Origin: Hemiscyllium ocellatum
Taxonomy: Eukaryota
Assembly (NCBI RefSeq): GCF_020745735.1
Contig: NC_083431.1
Location: 26,688,496-26,752,495 of the forward strand
Length of the DNA stretch: 64,000 nt
Direction of reading: 5' to 3'
Shown here: positions 48,888-60,727 of the stretch, one piece after another
Position numbering within the stretch: position 1 is the stretch's first letter
Layout: each line of letters begins with the position of its first letter
Program-made: the position numbers and the translations under genes
The notes under the pieces: generated by a model
Databases searched by the model: none
What the model saw: only the letters and a program-made list of their open reading frames with translations
What the model was told of the DNA's origin: nothing

Positions 48888-51095
48888 AGCAAGAAAACAA
48901 AAGGCTTTTAGAATTAGGTGGTGAGGAAATTGGAGTACAAGCAAAAACTAGTCTGCACACTAGATACAAATTGGCTGAGTCATGCCTGCTCCTTAAATAA
49001 AAGAGGAGAAAGTGAAACTTTCCATATCTCTGCTCAAGGTACAGCAGATATGATAGGTGAGGTGCTGGAAACAACCAGGGAATTTCCAAGCCAAAACCTC
49101 CATAGAACACACTTTCACAACTGATATAATGACTTTGCAACCAGACTTGCAGCAACATAGGTCAATGTTTGATAGATTAGCTGGTCACAGACTGAGATGA
49201 AACAGCAGCTGCCCCCAATGCTTGGGGCTTTTTAAAAACACTTTAGCAAAGGTCAATGTTATTTTGCTGAGACGTATAGATCACATGTGCATTTTGATAT
49301 CACCGCAAGCAGAACATCTTAAAATTTTAGTTTCCCATTGACTTAGAGAAGCATTTCTGAATAAAAAAGGTAATTCCTTGGATAGTACAAGTAACCAATG
49401 ATTGTGGGAATAATTAAAATAAAGATATTAAGTAAAAACAAAAAAGGTATAGTCAGACACCAATGAATGCACGTTTAGCAAAAACCAGGAGGAATACAAT
49501 ACCAAATGGATCAAAGTGCTCTGTTCTTGAAAGCAGGTTAGTGAGTATAAAGGAGAGCTAAACTCAGGATCAAAAGTGCAATTTAAATAACCAAAACAAG
49601 ACCTCACTGCAATCCTGCATTGGACACAAAGGACAAAAGCTGGGCTTCAATAAAGAAGTCAAAAGGAATACTCATTAACTAAGTGATCAAAGGTTAGAAA
49701 TGGATAATAAAAAAAAAGACACTTTCCTGGGGAGTGGAAAGCTTTTCTGACTGGACTCAAAGGCCACAAGAGCAATCTGCAAATCCACCAAAACAATATA
49801 GTTGATAGAAAAGTTAACATTCCCCAACTTGAATGAAGAAAAGAGGTAAAATATTCAAAAACACAGCATCAGGAGATTGCACCAATAGCAAAGAAAAAAG
49901 GACTTTAAAAAATATTACAAGCATACATAATGTTGGCAGAGTCAAATACTGCTGGTGAAAGAATGAGTGCAAAGTTATGGTCATATCACATTATGTCATT
50001 TCACATCCTAAAAAAACAAAACATGGTTTGTACTTTGGCCTGGGGAAAGATGGCTGAAAGATCTGTGGGAACTTACTAAGCTACTTAGTCTTAAGTTGCT
50101 GGGAAAGCATTTGTGCCCTTCTCTGGGAATAATTTCAAAACAAGTAATTTGCCCAGAACTGAACACAAGGAAACTCTGCACTAGAAGGTAAATTGCCAGT
50201 GGGAGCAGAAAGGAGTCCACAGTCAATTTTAAGATTACATTCCCAGATGACAATGGTTTCTACTTTTTTTGATGGGCTTTACCCTCCTAGTTCTCAGCAA
50301 CACTGCAGCAGCTCCCAATGTAGCTTTTACCTGCCTTTGCTGCTAGTGTCATACAGGCAATTCTCACCACGAGGTGTTCAACACCTCTTACTGGACCCAA
50401 GTCAGCCTCCTGCCTAAATAACCCCATTTACATTTCAAAATAGCACTGTCAGAGCAAAGTGGTTCTGGCACTAGGTAGAAAAGCCAGAATTCAGCAGGTG
50501 CTTGACCTGGCTTTGAAAAATCAGCCCCCTTGCCTGGCAACGTGACAAAAGTTAGTTGATATTTGAAGTCTTACTGGTTTGAAAATTCTCTGCAGGTAAA
50601 CCAAAAATTAAAACAGACATTATATTTCACTAATCTGCCTTTGCCCTAAACTAGAAGAGTGTGGAAATAGCAATGAGGTCCGGCGTTTTAGGTCTTCCAG
50701 ATTTGCTGGAGTTGATGGCACAGAGTTTCAGGTGGTTTAACATTTTACCTCTTAGTTGTGGCTTTAGGTAAAAGGTTACTGCTGGAAGAACTAAGACTTT
50801 TTTTTAAAAAAAAAGCGAACAGAATAATATGTTAACTTTATCTGGTGGCGCCAAGTTTGCTTCTGTACAATTTTACTTCCTTAAAAAAACTCAGAATTAT
50901 GAAACTTGAATTAGATATTCAATTTGGCTTGGTTTGCTTTTTTTGAGAGGTTTAGGAAACCTATTGGTCAGGCTATACTATTTCCAGCCAATAGTTAAAG
51001 AAGTTCATTGTTTGCTGTGCAGACCTGTTTTCTCAATACTGTGCAGCTCATGCTTGCTGTAGGTTTAGTAGGAAACCAAAAATTAAGAGTACTGT

Positions 51096-51195
51096 GTGGT
51101 GGTGGTGGTGGTGAGGAGGATGGCGCGGGGGGTTGGGGGGGGGGGGGGGGGGGGGAAGAGGAGGAGGAGAGGCAGGGAAGAGAAGGAAGAGAAGA
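51096..51195. repeat. G-rich low-complexity tract ((GGT)n, a G homopolymer of ~20, (GAG)n)
   Basis: Seen directly; other G/C homopolymers at ~12349-12366, 23143-23166 and 57309-57328. Confidence 0.9.
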
Positions 51196-52849
51196 AATTG
51201 TAATAACTGATAACAAGCAAAACAAATGTGGCAAACAAAATTCAAAATCTGAAATGAATTACCAGATGTAGAAGTCCAGAAATAAAAACACAAAGTGCAA
51301 GAGAAACTCAGCAGATTTGGCAGTCTGCAGAGAGAAAACAGTTTATGTTGAGTGCATGACTTGGGAGCTGCCAGTGTTGGACTGGGATGGACAGAGTTAA
51401 AAGTTGAGATTTTAAACTATATGGAGTCCAGAAAGACTTTAAACTCACACCTAGATATAGTTTATCTGAGGGGAGAAAAAGGCAAATAACTGCATATATA
51501 TAAAAAAAAATTGTCTGGACAGTTAAAGAGATGAGGTAATTTTGTATTTGAGCAATTGTAACCCAAGCAGCAAGTTCTGTTTAAATGGACACATGGTACT
51601 TTGCTCTATAGCTGGTCTTAGAGAGAAAATTCTCTGTGTAATTGGTCTCCACACACTGCGCTTAGCAAACATGGCACATTACACAACACAAGATTAAAGA
51701 AGCATCCCAAATCTATTGCAGATTTGGAAAATTGGATGCTGACTTTAAACAGCTGCACTGGGGCATTTTAGCTGGATTAATGGAGTAGGAATTCTGGACT
51801 AAGTGTAGGAGCAAACAATTAGCGCTAAATGTAGTGCAAACAGTGAACAGCTTTCTTACCAGAACTATGCTAATCAAACCTCCTCCACTTGTGGTTGGCT
51901 ATGAAAGGGAACATTAAAAAGGGAGGCTTGTAAGGGTGTGACAATGGAAACAGTGACATAGCAAAGAAGTTTCAAACCGCAGTTAGAATGGTCTGCCCTA
52001 TGGGAGGTGGAAAATATGGTAAAGAAAAGGATTGGGAACATTCAAAATAAACTTTGGCCTGCTGGAGACATGGGCATTAAGCAATCAGCTTAAAATAGTG
52101 CAGTGCTATCATGACAAAGTGGATTTTTTGTTTAGAAAAGCCCACCAGTCTCTCAGACATGTTATGACATACCTTGTGGTGCTTGGAGTTCAACCTACAC
52201 CTTCTGGCCCAGAGCTAGGAACACTAACCCTGTACCACAAGACCCTTTGTTGAAATATTGTTTTATGAACAAACTGTGTGCATTAACTGCAGCATACAAA
52301 TTTTCAGAATGGAATGCAAATTCCAAAGAAAGGAGGATGTAATTTTAAAAAATTGTCTAAGACATTTGCTACACTAACCAAATCATTAATGCATGCGCAA
52401 CTGAAATGAAGTTTGAATTGTGACCCAAACCATTCCTCAATTAAAATGCACCTCTAACCAGAACTATTCATTAGTTGGTAATCAGAGTGTATACCAGGAA
52501 GTGTTCAATGACTTCAATATTCCATAAGCTGTCAATATCATCCAAATTCTATGCTGCCGTAAAAGACCTGGTATTTGTTCAGGGTCACAACCATAAATAA
52601 TGGCGCATTTGTGCAAAAGAAGTTTATTTATTGTAGTCAAATGATGCTTGCATCCATTTGTTGTATTATCCTATCTAACATCAAGACAAGTCTCCTCCGC
52701 ATGTTTATGAAAATAAACAAATTACTCCAACCGTTATTACTTCTAGCACATTCTCCACACTAACTACGTCAGCTGAACCAGAGGTACTCTTTTTGATCTG
52801 TTAAAAGTGAACACAACAAATAAGCAGAACATACTGAGAAAGTGTCAAG

Positions 52850-54600
52850 TTTCACAGACAGCAATACAAAAGTCCAGTTACGGTCACACTGGGCTGTATT
52901 GCCTCCACAGCTGGAGGACTGTGCACATCTACACTTTGAGATGGCTTCCATATTCTATTCTTCTTTTCTTTCTAACCTTCTTGGCCCTCCTTTGCTGTAT
53001 CTTAAAAATTTCCCAATCCTCAGGTTTAGTGCTCTTTCTGACTGCCTTTTCCTTTATTATACAATCCTCAACTTCCTTTGTCAGCCATAGTTGACTGACA
53101 TTTTAGTTATATTTCCCAATCCAACTTAGTCAATTGAGCCTCACGCTTTCCTAATTTCCTTTATTCAAATTTAAACACTTGCTTCAGCTAGAACTCGCTC
53201 ACCTTCAAATAATGTAAAACATAATATTGTGGTCACTCTTTCTTAGAGATCTTGTAAAAGAAACTTTAGATGTACCCTTTATCATTACATCATATTTAAT
53301 CCAACATAGCTGACTAAAAGACAGGCTATTTGACAAGCTGCTCTAGAAAAGCATCCTTAAGGCATTCCAAAAATATCCTCCACAGCTTTAGTATGAAATT
53401 GGTTTAACCAGTCTATACACAGGTTGAAGTCACTCATGATTACTGTTGCACACAATATAGGCTTGTCATCTCAGACTTGCCAGGTCCAACATCAACTCAA
53501 CCACTATCACTGCTATTTAGCAGCCCATAAATCACTCCAACACATGTCAGCAGCCCCTTGCTGTTTCTTAGTTCCACAAACAGATTTAACATTGGTAAGT
53601 GAGGAGCTCCAACTGGAAAGAACAATGTACAGATCCCATCTTGTATTATCAGCACAACTCCAGCTTCTTTTCCTTCTCATTTGTCCGTCCTAAAATGAGA
53701 AATACCCATGAGTATTCAGCTCTTAGTCCTTTATATTGTTAGCATTACTTCTTGGTGCCTTAAAAACCTACCTCATGTGCAGCATTCTTAACATTCAGGT
53801 AGGGAGGGCACCCTCAATTTTGCCACTATTCTGCATTCAAGACATGTCCATTGTTCGGCGGTGTTTCTTCTGTCTGCTAGTCTCCCTCACAGCTTTTCTA
53901 CTTCCTATTACCATCTTAACACCCTTCCAATTTGGGTTACCCATCAGGTTCCCATTCCTCTAACAAGCTCATTTAAACAAACCCTAAAAGCATTACCAAA
54001 TCTCGTTGCTAGGATCTCAGTCCCAGTCCTGTTAAAATGCAAGCCATCCATCTTGTACAAGTCTCACCTGCCTTAGACTTGACCCCAATGCCTCAAATCT
54101 GATGCCCTCCCTCCAATACCTGCTCACCAGCCACATGTTGAGTCAATCGAGCCTCCTGTTCTGGTAGTCACGAACACGTGGCACTGGGAGGAATGAACAG
54201 ATTGCTTATTTAGGTCCTTGAGTTTTATTTCTAAAAAAAAAGTAGTTGCCTTCTTAATACACCAAATTTGGATTTCTGTACCTATGTCATTAGAAAGATT
54301 GCAGACCACAACTTTTGACTGATACCAGAAAAGATGTCCTCCAACCACTCAGACATCCCGAACCCTGGAAAAAAAGTGACGCAACATACCATCCTGGAGT
54401 CATGTTTCATGCTGCATAAGTGTCTGTCTGATCCCCTGACTAAAGCGATCCATGGACTGGCCTCTGGCTGTATTCTCCTGGAATACAGATTGGGAAGCAC
54501 CAGAGACTTGGTGGACTCACACTACTTACATCAGCCTTTAATGTCAAAACTCATCAGTGCTCCCTCACAGAGGAGCATGATTCTCTTCCACTCCTAGGAG
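52850..54600 (-). mobile_element. Old CR1 5' portion (ORF1 SGNH-esterase-like region and endonuclease remnant)
   Basis: Minus-strand LVRGSDRHLCSMKHDSRMVCC and VVVCNLSNDIG resemble the CR1 ORF1 motifs (IVRGTDRRFC...DSRMVCCLPGA, VVVHIGTNDIG). Confidence 0.65.
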
Positions 54601-54639
54601 GAGTTCACAGGTGGTTGTACAAATCAATGCAGTTACAGC

Positions 54640-54903
54640 AGGTTCTGTTACACTTGAGGCAGGTGGTGGTCATGGGAAAGGGTGGGTTCAGCACAAGTGT
54701 AGCAGCACATCCCTTCTGCTCTTTGCCTGACCTCTATCTTCTCCTTCCCCACCCCACCCAAACAGCAAGTCTCCAGGTGCTAGATGCTATCCCAGATGCT
54801 GCTCCTCCACTTTGGATGGTCTTAGGCCAGTGATTCCCAGGTGTCTGTGGAAATGCTGCATGTCACCAGTGAGGCCTTGAAGGTATCACTGAAGCACTTC
54901 CTC
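54640..54903 (-). mobile_element. RTE-clade LINE 3' fragment
   Basis: The minus strand translates RKCFSDTFKASLVTCSISTDTWESLA*DHPKWRSSIWDSI, matching the RTE ORF C-terminal pattern (RKRFKDTLKASL...WESLAQDRxxWR). Confidence 0.75.
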
Positions 54904-55547
54904 TTTTTAAAAGAGAAAGTCTACAAAAATGTGGCAGAGAGTCTACAGAAAGATCAGAACTGCCCAGGATAAGCTAGAATTTAAAATGTTAAGAGCTTCC
55001 TCTTTAGCACACAGTCCAGCTACATTAAGCACTAGCCAGGTGTGTTGGTTGTAATAGTACACATCCTGTACTCTGACAAAAGCCACAATAGAGAACCATT
55101 TCAGTTGTTTCTTGTGTAACAGAATCTCACTTCTCCCCAAAACATTTCAAGATGACAATATTATTTTGTGTCAGAGTCAAATATTGCAAGTCCTTCATAG
55201 GACTAAAACATGAATATCTGCAACTAAAAAAAATTATATTTTAGCATTTCCAGTAACCTATTCTTTACATTCCCAATTTCTGGAACAGATCTGCTTTTAG
55301 TAATTCTAATCCAAAATCATGTGTTCAAATTGATAGCAATGAAAGGAATGGACCTTTACAGAAAAAGCCTTCAAGCAGAAGATAGAGATTGTAACGTTTC
55401 TCCAATAGCAGATTGTCACTTAATGACAATATTAAAGGAGGGGAAAAAAAAGTGTCCTAATGAAGAAAATCAATCTGGTCCAATGTAATTGGTGAGTTTG
55501 TGGGATATTAAATGGCACTGTTGGAGATGCAGATGAACAGGTTTACA

Positions 55548-55962
55548 GTTCAGGTTGTAAGTTTGCTCACTCAGCTGGATGGTTTTCAGATGTTTCATCG
55601 CCATGTAGGTATCAGTGAGCCTTTGGTGAAGTGCTGTGTTCTGTCCCACTTTCTATTGGCATCTTGGTCTGTTCAGGTGGGTGATATCATTTCCTGTTCC
55701 TTTTCTCAGAGGTTGGTAAGTGGGTTCCAAATCAACATGTTTGACAGAGTTCCAGTTGAATGCCAGGCCTCTATGAACTCCTGTGCATACCAACCTCTGA
55801 GAAAAGGAACAGGAAATGATATCACCCACCTTAACAGACCAAGACACAAATAGAAAGCAGGACAGAACACAGCACTTCACCAAAGGCTCACTGATACCTA
55901 CATGGTGACAAAACATCTGAAAACAAACCATCCAGCTCAGTGAGCAAACTTACAACCTGAAC
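55548..55962. mobile_element. Fold-back Penelope-like element (third family) with a GIY-YIG C-terminal remnant
   Basis: Inverted arms 55548-55718 and 55788-55962 (~170 bp). The minus strand across the spacer gives AQEFIEAWHS / NWNSVKHVDLEPTYQPLRK (one frameshift). Decayed hammerhead-like TCA-CTGAT-acctacatggtgac-AAAAC-ATC-TGA at ~55888-55920. Confidence 0.85.
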
Positions 55963-57434
55963 CTTAACTACAAATCTTAAAGAAATAAATTGCAAGGTGT
56001 ACAATTATTGAAAAGGAAGCTACACAATTGATGATTGATATCATATATAATAGAGAGACAAGACCAAAGTTACTTCTGAGCTCCATTGTAGCAGAGTTGG
56101 TAAGAAAGAAAGGAACATGCAATACATGATGGAATCCTAAATGTTTGCAGCAAGTTTGTTTGGGGTCTCACTGGCTTGGCCAGCCCATTCCTAATTGTCC
56201 AGGGGGCAGTGAAGTCTGTCACATGTGGGCCAGACCAAGTAAGGATGGCAGTTTCCTTTCGCTAAAAAAACCTTAATCATTCATATGGAATTTTCCCCAC
56301 AACCAGTTTCAGAGTCATCATTAAACTCTTAATCCATATTTCTAATAAAAAATGCCAAGGCAGAAATTTGAACCCAGGTCCTCCATTACCTGAGTCACTA
56401 GACTAATGGTCTAATAATATTACTAAGCCATCCTACAACTGGCAAATGACAAAATGAATGGCAAAGAGAAGAAAGTGGTTGAAGACTATTTATGGGATTG
56501 ATTCAAGCAGAGCTGGAGTTTCTTGCTCTCAGCAAATTTCATTCAGAAAGTGAAAGCGCAGTGAAGACAGAAAGGGAACTGGCAATGTTTGTAACAGAGG
56601 TTCAGTGAAGTCAGTTTGGTGGGGGAATGGGGAATGTGTGTGGGGCTGTATGGAAAAGTCAGTCAGAATTTCTCAAAAGAGGTGATCAATAAGTAGGAAC
56701 AAGCACAGGCCATGCAGACCCTGGGGCCTGTTTGGACATTCACTATAAATGGTGACTGACCCTCAGCCTGAACCCTACTTTCTCACACTCCCATTTTCTG
56801 GAAAATTCCCTGATTTGCCAGTTGCCTGACGTGAAACATTAGCTCAGCTTTCTTTCTACAAATGCTGCCAGACCTGCTGAGTTCGTCCAGCAATTTCTGT
56901 TTATGGCTCTCCATTTCCACTCCATCCCCAAGAGGAGGAGGGAAAAAAAAAAAAGAGACAACCCTATCCATTAAAATCAGTTCGAGAGAGAGTGTTCACT
57001 TGATCACTAACACAAAGTGTGAAGTTGGAAGGGAGAAAAGTATGACAGCCAAGAGGGTACAGAAGATTCTGTCAAAAAAAAATTAACTTTGTACAGCAGG
57101 AAGGTGCTGGAAAACAAGCCTGCTCAGGGAGTGAGTGTGTAAATCATGACTGTAAATAGATGCCTGGGAATCAGACATCACATTGTAATCCAGAAGAGGA
57201 AGCTTAAATTCAGGAACTAGTCATCTGACAGTAGAGAAACTGGAAGCTTGCATTAACTATTTCCTTAGCACTCCAGGGTACGTACATTTAGCCATTAACT
57301 TATCAATTTGGGGGGGGGGGGGGGGGGGATCTGCCTTTCATCACATCACACTTGGATTTCCTTGCTCACAAACCAATTCTGTAAAGATAATGTGCATGCT
57401 GCAAGACAAACAAAAAAATCTTCAGTTCATTAGG

Positions 57435-57435
<1 letters not shown>

Positions 57436-57465
<30 letters not shown>
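57436..57465. repeat. (TAA)n microsatellite
   Basis: About 10 ATA/TAA units. Confidence 0.95.
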
Positions 57466-57466
<1 letters not shown>

Positions 57467-57603
57467 TTGTAAATGTATCTGTAGCAAATATGCTGTTGTG
57501 TGTCAAAGGGAGGAGTACACTTAAATATGTTGTTATTGCCTCAGTCATGCAATAGTTTGCTAATGTTGAGTGCAAACCAGTGTTCTCACTATGGTCAGCA
57601 GCT

Positions 57604-57775
57604 CACAAACAAAACCAGAAATTGTTGCAAAACCTTAGCAGGTCTGCCAGCATCTGCAGAGAGAAAACAGTGTTAGTGTTTCAGTTCCAGTGACCTTTCA
57701 ATTGTCAGAACAGAAAAGTTTTTCCAGCAATTTCTGTATTTGTTTGTGATGTCCAGCATCTGCAGTCCTTTGGGT
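57604..57775. mobile_element. Old fold-back remnant of a further Penelope-like terminal-repeat family; related pieces at ~1791-1830, 39860-40020, 42725-42790, 51270-51355, 56830-56900, 58655-58780 and 61560-61640
   Basis: cacaaacaaaaccagaaattgttgcaaaa versus ttttccagcaatttctgtatttgtttgtg inverted ends; shared cagcaggtctggcagcatctg...agagaaaacag core. Confidence 0.6.
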
Positions 57776-59076
57776 TTGTGTTTAAGTTTGTAGCTATTAT
57801 ATGACATGCCTCACATCCTTTTGCGATAAACCTTTAAGTGACATATTTATAATATCACCACCATAAGTCACAGAATGTGACCTGATGGTATAAAACACTC
57901 AACCTTCATCTTACGATAGCCACTTGCAACATGACACTAAGGAAGTTACCAACAGTTTGAACAATTGTTGCAGAACTAGACCACTTAGGATAATGCCTAT
58001 GACTGTAATAAAGTCTATTGAATCTTTCAGCATTACATTGTCCACATCTGGTTTTTTAGCTATGGGAGCTAAAGTATTGTGCCATCAGTTACAGATACTC
58101 CAAAGACAAATCTGAAATCCTGCATCAATGACAAAACAGGGCATATCAAAATCAGCAGGAATGTGGAGCAAGGCTACAATCAAATTAACAGCAACACAAG
58201 TTCATGGGGTCAAATCATCTCGTGTTCAACCAACGCAAAGGGCTCCAACAGAGTAAAGCTGTGCAGAACGAAAGAATACCCAGATTTGGCTTTGTCAGGT
58301 AATGCAATTCCAAGTGGGCTCCAGGAACATCTGACCATCTTCGGTATTCTAAGAGATTTGAGAAGCAAGCAGATAGGTGACAGAAGATTGCTTTTTAACA
58401 GTGTACAGTCTCCCTATGCTGGTTATGCAGTGTAAACAAACAGCCAGTGCTCAAAGCATATTGAACATTGAAACTTAATCTTTTAAATGCACCAGTAGAA
58501 AAGCAAGGAGCAACAGAAGGCATGATGCAAGGGTTAGATGAAAAATGGATAGGAAGCAACTTAGTAGAGCATTAAGGCAGAAACCAAGCTAGGCCAGTGA
58601 CTTTTTTTCTATACTGTTAACTCATTGTTACTAGATTTTAATCTCAACATCTCCAAATAAAACTGAAAGTGCCAGAGAAACACAGCAGGTCCAGCAGCTT
58701 CTGTGGAGACAGAAAAACAAGTTTAATGCTTCAAGTCCAATGATACGGGTTCTAAAGATTTTAGTTTGGATCTCCAGTGTTTACAGTACTGTACTCAACT
58801 TTTACCAAAGTCATCAGCGTTGGTTTAGGAAAACCAGTCACTCTATAGCAGAGGGATGTCCGACAACCCCAACCCTACAATGTATAAAAAAAGTGGCATT
58901 GTATAAGCAGCAGACTTAGTTATTTAGCCACATATGCTTTGAAGACCACGCTGCATGACTGTACGCGAATTTGGGGGTGGGGGATGGCTAGGAATAGCCG
59001 ATGCAAAGTTATTCAATAGGAGTTCCTTTTTTTAAAAAAAACATTTAAATTCAGCATTGTGCCCGGAGACACGCAC

Positions 59077-59352
59077 CTTGTAATGGCCCGTGCTTCTCTC
59101 TCCATCTTGCAATCTCACGAAAGCTCGGATCAGCTCCTGCTCGGTGTTCCCGTTCCTTGTCACGAAACTTTCCAGCATTTCCAAGATGCGGACAATCTTA
59201 GGAATCAGACCTTCCACGACTTTCTTCCCGTGGCTGTCGATTAGCTTCTCCAGCTCAGTGCCGATCAACTTGGCGATCTCGTACACATCATTGACGCCGA
59301 GGTTAGAGGCGGGTTTGTCCAGGCATGACAGGAGACAGGCTTCTGTGTCCAT
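59077..59352 (-). CDS. RILP: RILP exon 1 coding part (RH1 domain)
   Basis: attATGG start in strong context; MDTEACLLSCLDKPASNLGVNDVYEIAKLIGTELEKLIDSHGKKVVEGLIPKIVRILEMLESFV...GHYK; AAG|gtgcgt donor, phase 0. The 8 exons sum to 1224 nt = 407 aa + stop. Confidence 0.93.
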
Positions 59353-59378
59353 AATGCTGCTGATTCGATGATGGTCCG

Positions 59379-59468
59379 GGGATGGAACGTTGCCCGAGAA
59401 TAGAATGTTGCCCGCAAATGGAACGTGACCCGGGAATGGAATGTTGCCCGTAGATGGAACGTGGCCCG
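59379..59468 (-). repeat. Five tandem 18-bp units in the RILP 5' leader
   Basis: Plus-strand units: gggatggaacgttgcccg / agaatagaatgttgcccg / caaatggaacgtgacccg / ggaatggaatgttgcccg / tagatggaacgtggcccg. Confidence 0.92.
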
Positions 59469-59503
59469 GGAGGATGGAGAAGGACGTCCTTTGACTGGCA
59501 GGA

Positions 59504-59527
59504 TCAAGCTGCACGGTGGCACTCCAT
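59504..59527 (-). other. Short uORF (MECHRAA*) in the RILP leader
   Basis: ATG at 59527-59525 and TGA at 59506-59504; out of frame with RILP and downstream of the TATA box. Confidence 0.6.
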
Positions 59528-59579
59528 TGAGAAGAAGTCGCTGGGAAGATGTTTTCCCACTGCAGACAGTCTCTCAGCT

Positions 59580-59760
59580 CCCGGACTTTTATACTGCGCT
59601 CCTGTTTGCACCTTTCCCTTGGCTTTAATTGTCACGTGGCACCCCTAACAATAACGTGTCGGCGTCATTTGGCCCAATCACCAGCCAGTGGCAGCCCCAC
59701 GCCTGACAGGTTCCCAGCCTAGGCCCACCCCGAATCACAAGAGCGAAACCAAGCTGACGA
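59580..59760 (-). promoter_or_regulatory. RILP core promoter: TATA box, CLEAR-type E-box, CCAAT box
   Basis: TATAAAAG on minus at 59586-59593; GTCACGTGGC at 59631-59640; CGTCA at 59663-59667; CCAATCA at 59674-59680; CpG-rich surroundings. Confidence 0.75.
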
Positions 59761-60450
59761 GAGATTGTGGTTAGATTTCTAACAGAACTCTTCAACAAAG
59801 TTAACATTAGATAGCACATAACACTCGAGCTAAAATAGCGTATGTGCTCGGTCCCTGCGTGAAATCGATTCAGTGCATGCATTTTTAAAAAAATGTTGCA
59901 TTTCTCAAATTGATCAGAGGATGCGAACCAATATGTCAATTGCATTTTTTGTGTGTGGTTTTATAAACACATCCATAAGTTTTGGTTTAATACGGACTGA
60001 TAGAGAAGACAAGGTCAAAATTTAACTGGTTTGGGTTTATTTTTAAACATGTTTCTTACATATAAAGACTGAATACTGTATCAAAGATATGACAAGCTGT
60101 TCCATTATTGAAACAATGTTCCATAAACTCAATCACCTAATACCAGTCTATTCCAAATGCGACTCTGTAAATGTTTCTAACATTCATATGACTGGACTTC
60201 ATGCTTCTGTTTAGCCTTCCATGTTTCTCTCTTAACCACTCCACACTTATTAATATCCACCGAGAAATGGCTCAATGACATCATCGCAAGGTTGCTCCCG
60301 GGTCATAAAGCCCGACTTTAGCCTTTTAACCACATATCGTCTCCCATGATAAATACTATCTCCTTTTACCTCTTGTCTGTGCGTTAGCTCACCTCTTCTA
60401 AAACCTAGTGTTGTCTTTTGTTTGTCAACTCATTAGAAACCTGCTGGGAT

Positions 60451-60727
60451 ATGTTTACTCGCAACATTTAAAAAGTATAAACTAAGAGCTAGCTTAGGCC
60501 ATTTCATTCCCCCCACCATTTAGTAAGATTATAACATCAACTCCACATTAGATAACACATAACAATCGAGCTAAAATAGCGCATGTGCTTGGTCCCTGCG
60601 TGAAATCGATTCAGTGCATGCATGTTTAATCTCAACATTTAAATATATAAGCTAAGAGCGAGCTTTGGTCATTTGATCCCTCCCCCACCCCACCATTTCG
60701 TAAGTCATGGCTGATTAACTCCACATT
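60451..60727. repeat. B-A'-B' duplication module; A' (60545-60623) copies 59804-59882
   Basis: A and A' match at 75 of 79 positions; B (60451-60549) and B' (60622-60727) are more diverged direct repeats. Confidence 0.85.

Noticed and set aside
55512-55931. Two similar ORFs on opposite strands suggesting a duplicated gene
   Set aside because: They are a by-product of the long inverted repeat.
59379-59468. CRISPR-like array
   Set aside because: The units are contiguous with no unique spacers, there are no cas genes, and the context is a vertebrate gene leader.
59032-59514. Calling the gene RILPL1 or RILPL2
   Set aside because: Exon 6 encodes KQRKKVKAKMLG and exons 7-8 encode PPESKIKS-MFGFLYRG, which match RILP and not the paralogues.
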